Source: an uncultured virus (IMG/VR IMGVR_UViG_3300007177_000029) | Lineage: Duplodnaviria; Heunggongvirae; Uroviricota; Caudoviricetes; Crassvirales | Reading direction: 5' to 3' (one strand) | Length of the DNA stretch: 24,992 bases | Virus record (IMG/VR): IMGVR_UViG_3300007177_000029 | In this document: piece after piece, positions 18,255-24,412 of the stretch | Numbering within the stretch: the stretch's first letter is position 1 | Layout: each line of letters starts with the position of its first letter | Position numbers and translations under genes: made by a program | The notes under the pieces: model-generated | Databases searched by the model: none | What the model saw: the letters and a program-made list of their open reading frames with translations, nothing else | What the model was told of the DNA's origin: nothing

Positions 18255-18542
18255 TTATTTGATGATAAATAAAGATAAGGGGAAACGCACAACCCCACTA
18301 CATTTATTTGGTTGGTTAATGTTTCCTTTTAACGTGCGTTTTTTTATTTGAAGTTCATTTATTTTTTTTCTAATATAACCCATAACAGAAAAACCAAGAC
18401 TTAAAAATATTGATAGACCAAAATAACCTGCTCTAGCTTCTGGCGTCCAATTTCTCAAATCAAAATCAAAAATTATAAATAAGTGTAATACGTAACTAAC
18501 CATAAATGCGCTTACTGTTGCTAAAATTATTTGTTTTTTCAT
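18255..18542 (-). CDS. hypothetical membrane protein (2 TM)
   Basis: Two hydrophobic segments flanking DFDLRNWTPEAR. Confidence 0.65.
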   Translation of the reverse strand: MKKQIILATVSAFMVSYVLHLFIIFDFDLRNWTPEARAGYFGLSIFLSLGFSVMGYIRKKINELQIKKRTLKGNINQPNKCSGVVRFPLSLFIIK

Positions 18543-18718
18543 TTTATAAAATATTGGTTTAATTGATTAATCATAATTTCAGTTGAAAAAGGAAAACAGG
18601 TAAATTCCCAAAGATGAAAATCACACTCTTCATCAGTCCAACCAGGTTTGAAATACTTTACGCAGTCAACAGCTGTAAACTTGTTGTCTATTGCGTGTTG
18701 TAGTGTTAGGGGTTTCAT
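18539..18718 (-). CDS. hypothetical protein (59 aa)
   Basis: Manual translation MKPLTLQHAIDNKFTAVDCVKYFKPGWTDEECDFHLWEFTCFPFSTEIMINQLNQYFIK; ATGA overlaps at both ends. Confidence 0.75.
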   Translation of the reverse strand: MKPLTLQHAIDNKFTAVDCVKYFKPGWTDEECDFHLWEFTCFPFSTEIMINQLNQYFIK

Positions 18719-18930
18719 ATTTCCGTAAATAACTCTTTATTTTCATAATCCTTTTGCCATTTCTTTTTTATCTCGGCACAATCTTGTAATGTAGCCTTAG
18801 AACTTTTTAATTTCAAAGTTCTATATAACAAGTCTGTAGACTGATAGTCAAAATTAAATCCAACAGCGTTAAGCATTGTTTGGAGGATTTGAATTTCGAT
18901 TTTTTGGTGTTCTTGTTTTACTTTTTTCAT
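18715..18930 (-). CDS. hypothetical protein
   Basis: ORF track; likely start is MKKVKQE at 18930. Confidence 0.6.
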   Translation of the reverse strand: MKKVKQEHQKIEIQILQTMLNAVGFNFDYQSTDLLYRTLKLKSSKATLQDCAEIKKKWQKDYENKELFTEI

Positions 18931-18946
18931 TGTATTTTTTATTAAA

Positions 18947-19225
18947 TTAACCAATCCATTTAAAAAACCCACTTGTGTGCTCAACTTCTTTTATTTGTTC
19001 AATCATAGCTTTGATTGATTTTAAAATAGTTTTCTCTGGGTACTCTTTTGGGTTTTCAGCTAATTCTATTTCACCTTTAATGTTTTCAATCAATTCAGTT
19101 AGCTGTTTTATTTTCTTAATTTGGCATTGAACAAGAGCTTCTCCTTGCGCATCATTACCGCCATCAGGTGCATTCATGTATGAAGCAAACCAACCAGCGT
19201 GTTCGTGTATATTTTTAACTTGCAT
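18947..19225 (-). CDS. hypothetical protein
   Basis: ORF track. Confidence 0.65.
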   Translation of the reverse strand: MQVKNIHEHAGWFASYMNAPDGGNDAQGEALVQCQIKKIKQLTELIENIKGEIELAENPKEYPEKTILKSIKAMIEQIKEVEHTSGFFKWIG

Positions 19226-19367
19226 ATTTTTTATTTAAAAAATTAAAACTATCGTTAATGGGTGCTAGTGCAAAAAATTGAATTGCGTAAATATTGATGT
19301 TATTTCTTACTTTTCAATATTTCCTCCAAATCAACTTCCATTAACACATACTAATTGTTAATAAAAA

Positions 19368-19646
19368 CTAATCTTTTAAAATTTCTTGATTATACCACAC
19401 ACCTTCTACTTTATAAGCAACACTATCTATATTGCCCCAAGTAGTATCAGGTAAAAGAACTTTGTCATTGATGTGATATTTTGGTAATTCTTTTCCAGTT
19501 GAACCTACATAAATACTTAAAGATATTAAAAAAATAATTGTTAATGAAAATAAAATAAATTGTCTTAAAACATCATTTTCTATTAAATTTAAACTAAAAA
19601 GTATTACTAACATTATAGTTACTGTAAAAAATAATCCTTCTCCCAT
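19368..19646 (-). CDS. hypothetical membrane protein (2 TM plus small soluble domain)
   Basis: Two hydrophobic stretches followed by PKYHINDKV. Confidence 0.65.
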   Translation of the reverse strand: MGEGLFFTVTIMLVILFSLNLIENDVLRQFILFSLTIIFLISLSIYVGSTGKELPKYHINDKVLLPDTTWGNIDSVAYKVEGVWYNQEILKD

Positions 19647-19649
19647 AAT

Positions 19650-19781
19650 TTATTTTTTTAAAAATTCTGTTGATTTAATAGCGTTGTCTAATTCATCAAA
19701 CGATTTACCGTTATCATTTACAGTATTACCATTAATAGATTTTACTTTATAGTGTTCGTCACTATAATATCTTGTTTTCAT
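19650..19781 (-). CDS. small hypothetical protein (43 aa)
   Basis: Manual translation MKTRYYSDEHYKVKSINGNTVNDNGKSFDELDNAIKSTEFLKK; fills the intergenic gap. Confidence 0.5.
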   Translation of the reverse strand: MKTRYYSDEHYKVKSINGNTVNDNGKSFDELDNAIKSTEFLKK

Positions 19782-20067
19782 TATTATACCAAATTAAAAA
19801 TTGATTAATTGCTTGAATAACTGCTTTTTGTTTAGATTTACTGTACAAACTAGATATAATTTTAGGATTAAAGTTATTTTCACGATTACCTAATTCTTGT
19901 ATTTGACAAAAATTAGATTTTATCACAACTAAATATTTTAGCTTTTCAATAGCTTCAACTAATTCCATTATCCAATGCCAATCACGGTAAAACATTAAAT
20001 TAGTTCTGTTTTTAAATTTAACAAAATCAGCGCATAATTGATTAAATTGTATTTCTTCTTGTGTCAT
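19762..20067 (-). CDS. hypothetical phage protein (DW-x-W-x-M-x-x-V-E-x-I-E motif)
   Basis: FYRDWHWIMELVEAIE and AINQFLIWYN; likely start is MTQEEI at 20067. Confidence 0.7.
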   Translation of the reverse strand: MTQEEIQFNQLCADFVKFKNRTNLMFYRDWHWIMELVEAIEKLKYLVVIKSNFCQIQELGNRENNFNPKIISSLYSKSKQKAVIQAINQFLIWYNNENKIL

Positions 20068-20081
20068 AACTTTAATATTAA

Positions 20082-20315
20082 TTAATAACCACATTCAGGT
20101 CTATTGCAAAGGTCTTTACACCTACTATTACCTATTGTTTCTTTTCGGCAATATCCGCCAAATTTGTTTAATTCATATTCAACACCAGCAATAAATCCAT
20201 CTACAAAAGCTTGTCTAAATAATATGTGCAGATTTGTTGTTATATTATATCCTTTTGGAGTTATTATTGATTTAAACTTTTCTTCTGCTAGTTTTTCTAT
20301 TTCTTTTTGTGTCAT
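20082..20315 (-). CDS. hypothetical protein with C-terminal Cys cluster
   Basis: AFVDGFIAG motif and C-x8-C-x3-C-x4-C tail. Confidence 0.65.
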   Translation of the reverse strand: MTQKEIEKLAEEKFKSIITPKGYNITTNLHILFRQAFVDGFIAGVEYELNKFGGYCRKETIGNSRCKDLCNRPECGY

Positions 20316-20317
20316 AA

Positions 20318-20614
20318 TTATTTATTTAAATTGTTGATGTTTTTATAATACCAATCAGTTATACTATTATAATGAAAATGCTCAGGTTTTTCTACACCAA
20401 ACTCATTATTTTTAATAAAAAAAGATACTTCTTTTAATTTATCGTAGTATTTTATATTATGAAACACACCACCTGTATTACTATCATAATATGCGTGTTT
20501 AAGTTGATTAATTAACCCCTCTAACTCTTTAAATTTTTCAATATTAAATTCATTAGTAGTTAGTTTACTAACTGAACTAGATTTAAACAATTTGTTTATA
20601 ATTTTTGTAACCAT
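20318..20614 (-). CDS. hypothetical protein
   Basis: ORF track. Confidence 0.6.
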   Translation of the reverse strand: MVTKIINKLFKSSSVSKLTTNEFNIEKFKELEGLINQLKHAYYDSNTGGVFHNIKYYDKLKEVSFFIKNNEFGVEKPEHFHYNSITDWYYKNINNLNK

Positions 20615-20615
20615 A

Positions 20616-20957
20616 TTATTTATTCAAATTAGTTAAAACGTGAGTAATTGCTTCTAAATAAGCTTCTGTTGGTGAATTAAATTCTTTATTGAATGTATAG
20701 TTTGATTTGAAAGTATGACCGTCATTTACATCTGAAGCATGGTCTATAAATTTAATTACTTCAATCCAAATTTTATGCTTTTCATACAACCACATAATTA
20801 CCTGAGCTATTGTAGGGCAAGAATAAGTATTACCAAAAATAAAGTCATCATTTTCATCTTTACCTATAGTGCTTATAGTTTCATAATCTATGTTATTTTG
20901 TGGAAAACCTTTTTCAGCTAATAATTTAGCTATTTCGTATTTTACTTCTTGTACCAT
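20616..20957 (-). CDS. hypothetical phage protein
   Basis: EIAKLLAEKGF, PTIAQVIMWLYEKHKIWIEV and SPTEAYLEAI resemble a small-protein family common in Bacteroidota phages (recalled, not searched). Confidence 0.75.
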   Translation of the reverse strand: MVQEVKYEIAKLLAEKGFPQNNIDYETISTIGKDENDDFIFGNTYSCPTIAQVIMWLYEKHKIWIEVIKFIDHASDVNDGHTFKSNYTFNKEFNSPTEAYLEAITHVLTNLNK

Positions 20958-21064
20958 CTTGTTTAGTTTTAAGTTAATAAAAACAGCTATTAACCTTAGC
21001 TGTAAGGTAATTATGTATCGCTAATTAAACGGTAATTATTAACTTTAATTACAAAGTATAAAAA

Positions 21065-21082
21065 TGCTAGTCTTTTCTAGCA
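21065..21082 (-). terminator. hairpin with T-tail downstream of the tRNA-like RNA
   Basis: Minus strand TGCTAG-AAAAGA-CTAGCA-TTTTT. Confidence 0.55.
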
Positions 21083-21133
21083 GTCAACCATCTATCATCT
21101 TATTGGGTTATCCCTCAATGTAGCAGGATTTTG

Positions 21134-21264
21134 TGGACAAGGTAAGATTTGAACTTACATTACACATTTGGACTGTCTGTATATCATAAACTATATCCTG
21201 TTCCCATTCTGTCCTGAATTAGAAATCAATAGTTTATAGTGTCTACCAATTTCACCACTTGTCC
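21134..21264 (-). ncRNA. tRNA-like RNA (131 nt) with Leu-type D arm, T arm and a greatly extended anticodon arm
   Basis: Acceptor GGACAAG/CTTGTCC plus discriminator A; D arm TG-GTG-AAATTGGTAGA-CAC; T arm GTAAG-TTCAAAT-CTTAC; long variable arm TATACA/TGTGTA; anticodon arm replaced by a ~54-nt hairpin; no encoded CCA. Confidence 0.75.
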
Positions 21265-21600
21265 TATCTTTTTCTGTTTGTTGTTGTATTACAAAAGATA
21301 AACGTTATACAATCTCAATCTCCTTATAAATCCTCCTTGTTCACAAGACAAAAAACTGGGGAGATATGTTTTTACTTTATTAGCACCCTCGTACCTTTAC
21401 ATTAGTTGCTTGGCATCCGCAGTAAAGAGTAGGGTCACGTAGTTATTCTAACTTATTACAGACGTTTATTATAAACTTTTTTATTGTATTAGAACTTGTA
21501 TTAACTACTTGCTGAGAACTCCCAAAGGTTTATAGCAACTTATCTCAAATACATTTGCATCCTTTCCTAGTATTACTATTAGGTTTCTATCAGGGTTTAG
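21265..21600 (-). ncRNA. candidate structured non-coding RNA, segment downstream of the HNH gene
   Basis: No credible ORF, higher GC than flanks, serial stems: GTAGTTA/TAACTAC with TTCTAA/TTAGAA, ACCCT/AGGGT with CTTTAC/GTAAAG, ATCTCC/GGAGAT, TATCTTTT/AAAAGATA. Confidence 0.5.
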
Positions 21601-21606
21601 ATTATT

Positions 21607-22092
21607 TTAAATATGTTTCCAATTTGTTCTTTGTATTATTCCTGCAATACAACCATAAGAAACATTATACAACTCTGCTAATTTTTGATAAGTTAATTTA
21701 TTTTCTGTTCTTTTTTTTCGTATTTCTAATACCTGTTCTTCTGTTAATACAGAAAAACCATTTTTAGAACCTTTGTTTGAAGCATTACCAAATTCATAAG
21801 CATGTTTATCATTTTCTTCTTTTGTAACCCATTCAAGATTATCTAAAGAATTGTTTTCTCTATTTGAATCTTTATGGTTGATAACATCTTTGTTTTCAGA
21901 ATTATCAATAAATGCAATTGCTATTAATCTATGTAACTGAAAGTTTTTAATTTCTGTTTTAGATTTGTACAATTGAATACCAATATATCCATCAGGTCTT
22001 TTAAAAGATTTTTTAATTCTTTTAGTTGAAATTCTCCTTACTATTCCTTCAGGATTTATTTCATAATCATAGTTTTCTATTTGTTTCCACAT
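21607..22092 (-). CDS. HNH homing endonuclease (NUMOD4-like N-terminus, HNH, C-terminal HTH)
   Basis: MWKQIENYDYEINPEG, HRLIAIAFI, VINHKDSNRENNSLDNLEWVTKEEN, C-terminal LTEEQVLEIR...LAELYNVS...W. ATG at 22092 fits the promoter position. Confidence 0.93.
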   Translation of the reverse strand: MWKQIENYDYEINPEGIVRRISTKRIKKSFKRPDGYIGIQLYKSKTEIKNFQLHRLIAIAFIDNSENKDVINHKDSNRENNSLDNLEWVTKEENDKHAYEFGNASNKGSKNGFSVLTEEQVLEIRKKRTENKLTYQKLAELYNVSYGCIAGIIQRTNWKHI

Positions 22093-22106
22093 AATAATAT
22101 TTTTTA

Positions 22107-22138
22107 CAAATGTACAAATAAAAGTGATTAATACCAAG
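22107..22138 (-). promoter_or_regulatory. Bacteroidota sigma-A type promoter for the HNH gene
   Basis: Minus strand CTTG (22138-22135), 20-nt spacer, TACATTTG (22114-22107); matches the -33 TTG / -7 TAnnTTTG consensus, 14 nt before the ATG. Confidence 0.7.
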
Positions 22139-22149
22139 CAATTTTATTA

Positions 22150-22188
22150 AAAAATACTCCACCCATTATTTCTAACTAGGGTAAGTAT
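22150..22188 (-). terminator. terminator-like hairpin insulating the HNH promoter
   Basis: Minus strand ATACTTACCC...GGGTGGAGTAT followed by TTTTT. Confidence 0.5.
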
Positions 22189-22736
22189 AAGAACTCATTT
22201 GTGTTGTAGTGCTACTCCTAACAATCATTAACACTCTTTCCGCTTTCCATTCCTTTCTCAAGGGAACAACACATCTAGGATTACTCCATTAAATTTTGAT
22301 TCTAAATACCTTATGCAGTGGATTAGCACCTAAGCTTAGATTAATCAGTAATTAGAGCTTTTAACTGCTATATGATAACCTCTAAGATATTACCTAGACT
22401 AACATTTACAGTAATTAGCTGTGTATTAGCTTACTTCAATTTCTGTAGGATTTCTGGTATGAGTAATTCCACTAACTCATATCTGTTAAGTACAGTTACT
22501 AAGAATCATTTTATAACACCTTGTCAATTCAAGGTTAACATCCAATTTATAGTGCTTTCAATGTTTAGTCACTTTAATTTAAAAATCCTCAATGTCTCCA
22601 AGTAGAGTAAATTGTAATACAGCTAAAAAATAAAACCAATATAGGGTTTACTTATTTTTTAAGTTACTAATTTACCTAACTTCAAAGCTTACATTCTTGG
22701 TATGTACTTGTGCTTATCCATTAGCATTGAGGATTT
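22188..22736 (-). ncRNA. candidate structured non-coding RNA, segment upstream of the HNH gene
   Basis: No minus-strand ORF; 12-bp inverted repeat 22583-22594/22725-22736, TATGAGT/ACTCATA, CCTTG/CAAGG, and a pseudoknotted junction at 22188-22273. Confidence 0.5.
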
Positions 22737-22745
22737 ATATTTTAA

Positions 22746-22919
22746 TTATTTACCATTTAATTTTTTATCTAAAAGAATACCAATAGATATTGCAAATGAT
22801 ATTGGTGAAAATATTATTACCATTGTAGATAATGGAAAATCATTTTCAGCTTTTCTGTATAAATGTACTCCTATTGTTGCTAAGTAAGTAAATACAATGT
22901 ATAAAATTATTATTGCCAT
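22746..22919 (-). CDS. small membrane protein (57 aa, 2 TM)
   Basis: Manual translation MAIIILYIVFTYLATIGVHLYRKAENDFPLSTMVIIFSPISFAISIGILLDKKLNGK. Confidence 0.65.
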   Translation of the reverse strand: MAIIILYIVFTYLATIGVHLYRKAENDFPLSTMVIIFSPISFAISIGILLDKKLNGK

Positions 22920-22939
22920 TTTAATTTAGTTTTAAGTTG

Positions 22940-23122
22940 TTAATCTTTTATTGATTCTATTATTTCTTTAGGTAATTTTTCAAATTTAATTACTTTAAAT
23001 TTGTTTTCAGATATTATTTTAAACCAGTAAGGTATATTGTAATAATTATTTTTACCATCATTAACTTTTGATGAATTACTTTCTAGAAATTCAACTTGTT
23101 CTTTTGTTAATTCTATTATCAT
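22940..23122 (-). CDS. hypothetical protein
   Basis: ORF track; YYNIPYWFK, FEKLPKE. Confidence 0.65.
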   Translation of the reverse strand: MIIELTKEQVEFLESNSSKVNDGKNNYYNIPYWFKIISENKFKVIKFEKLPKEIIESIKD

Positions 23123-23170
23123 TTGTATTAGGTTTATTAACTGTTTTTATGTGTAAAACACTTTTGTGTT

Positions 23171-23242
23171 TTAAATGACCATATCTCTTACCATAAACTT
23201 ACAATTGTTGCAATTGCAGTCTATTTTTTGAAGCTCTTCCAT
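23171..23242 (-). pseudogene. truncated Cys-rich ORF remnant
   Basis: MEELQKIDCNCNNCKFMVRDMVI stops after 23 codons; good A-rich start context. Confidence 0.35.
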
Positions 23243-23297
23243 TTTTTTAGTTGTGTAAGCTATAGAATTTTAATTGTTGTAATGTAGTTTTATAATT

Positions 23298-23329
23298 AAG
23301 AAATGGATATACTAAATACCCATTTCTTA
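23298..23329 (-). terminator. intergenic hairpin
   Basis: AAGAAATGG...CCATTTCTT inverted repeat. Confidence 0.5.
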
Positions 23330-23368
23330 TTTATATTATTAAATAACTATGTATAAATAATATTATAG

Positions 23369-23704
23369 TTAAATTTTAAAACCTAATTTTTCTGCTTCTT
23401 CAACAGTTAATAACTTTGAACTTTCTCCTAAATAATCTGATTTACTTTTTAAATATGCAATACCTATTAATGTAGGAGAATATATTACTACGAATTTTTT
23501 AAATTCATCTAATCTATTTTCATTATACACTTCAAATGTATTATAACTATTTGAATCTAATGCTAATATTTTTTTAGTTTTTTCGTTTTCAAATATTGCT
23601 GCTACATCATTTTTAAAAACACAAGTGCTTATTTCATTATTTACGTTTATGTATTTTACTCCTACTTTAAATTCATTAAATGGAATAGTGTTATTTTTTT
23701 TCAT
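23369..23704 (-). CDS. hypothetical protein
   Basis: ORF track. Confidence 0.65.
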   Translation of the reverse strand: MKKNNTIPFNEFKVGVKYINVNNEISTCVFKNDVAAIFENEKTKKILALDSNSYNTFEVYNENRLDEFKKFVVIYSPTLIGIAYLKSKSDYLGESSKLLTVEEAEKLGFKI

Positions 23705-23716
23705 GGTAATTAATTT

Positions 23717-23920
23717 TTAATGATTAAAACATTTGTTTAAGAAGTTTTCTAATTCCTCTTTTACTTTTTCTAATTCTTCTACTTTATTCTCAACGTCATT
23801 GTATGTAATGCCATTTTCTCTAGCTTGAATTAGTTGATTTTCTAGTATTTTAAATTCTAGTAATAATTCTTTGTATAAATTAGTTATCTTTTCTACTGTT
23901 TCTAAAACTGGTTTTAACAT
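23717..23920 (-). CDS. hypothetical coiled-coil protein
   Basis: ORF track. Confidence 0.6.
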   Translation of the reverse strand: MLKPVLETVEKITNLYKELLLEFKILENQLIQARENGITYNDVENKVEELEKVKEELENFLNKCFNH

Positions 23921-24183
23921 AAGCTATAATTTAATTAATAATTCTATTTTTAAGGTTGTTTTTAATCATGGTTTAAATTTAATGTTTACTTATGTTTTAA
24001 ATTCAATCTTTACTCTTTGTTTTGATTGGTTTTTAAAATGATAAGTTATTTATTATTTAAACTTTTGGTTTTTTGAAATTGGTTAAATTTGTGGATTTTT
24101 TGTTGGGAGTTGATAATCAGTAACTTACACCACTTTACTTAAAGTAAAAATACAATTTAAACTCCTAAAACTTTATCAAATAC

Positions 24184-24275
24184 CGTGATATTTTTAACTA
24201 CTAACAACTAAAAAAGTTATCGTGATATTTTTATTTGCTTTAAATTAAAAAGCTAATTCAATATCGTGATATTTT
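24184..24275. repeat. three direct repeats of CGTGATATTTT
   Basis: Copies start at 24184, 24221 and 24265 within a ~490-bp non-coding AT-rich gap. Confidence 0.8.
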
Positions 24276-24371
24276 AAGTTGCTTTTTTGAGCATTGTATA
24301 AACGGAGTAATTTAAAAGAATTTATTGCGTTTTGCATACAATGGGTTGCTATTCATTACATTAAAATAAAA

Positions 24372-24407
24372 AAAACAGAATAGTCAACACACTGACTACT
24401 CTGTTTT
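24372..24407 (-). terminator. terminator downstream of the 165-aa gene
   Basis: AAAACAGAATAGTCA-ACACAC-TGACTACTCTGTTTT stem with a long T-run on the minus strand. Confidence 0.7.
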
Positions 24408-24412
24408 AAATT

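Noticed and set aside
21134..21264. Canonical tRNA call (Leu, or Asn using a local CT-ATT-GA loop)
   Set aside because: The local ATAAA/TTTCT stem has a mismatch and leaves over 60 nt before the T arm; the longer 10-bp pairing is better; no anticodon can be assigned
21376..21440. SAM-I riboswitch, twister or HDV/theta ribozyme (GCAAC...GGTGCTAAT, CAAGC, GAGGG)
   Set aside because: Only fragments match; the SAM-I P1 and kink-turn, twister core spacing and HDV P1/P3/L3 topology could not be built
21560..21595. Hammerhead ribozyme (CTGATAGA...GAAA)
   Set aside because: Core deviates from CUGANGA and no convincing stems I/III with a cleavage triplet were found
21265..22740. Group I intron hosting the HNH gene
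   Set aside because: No recognisable P7-forming R/S core, no interrupted coding exons on either side, and the HNH has its own promoter; a divergent intron cannot be fully excluded without Infernal
939..22887. All plus-strand ORFs in the track (e.g. 939-1151, 7159-7404, 10926-11435, 12485-12721, 21555-21767, 22372-22605, 22702-22887)
   Set aside because: Antisense shadows of minus-strand genes or of the structured RNA region, with no recognisable motifs
20962..22938. 14-nt repeat TTTAGTTTTAAGTT at 20962-20975 and 22925-22938 as ends of a mobile element
   Set aside because: Both copies sit just upstream of start codons and look like A-rich translation-initiation regions; low complexity makes chance identity plausible
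24184..24275. Mini CRISPR array
   Set aside because: Repeats are only 11-14 nt, spacing is irregular, spacers are low complexity and no cas genes are present
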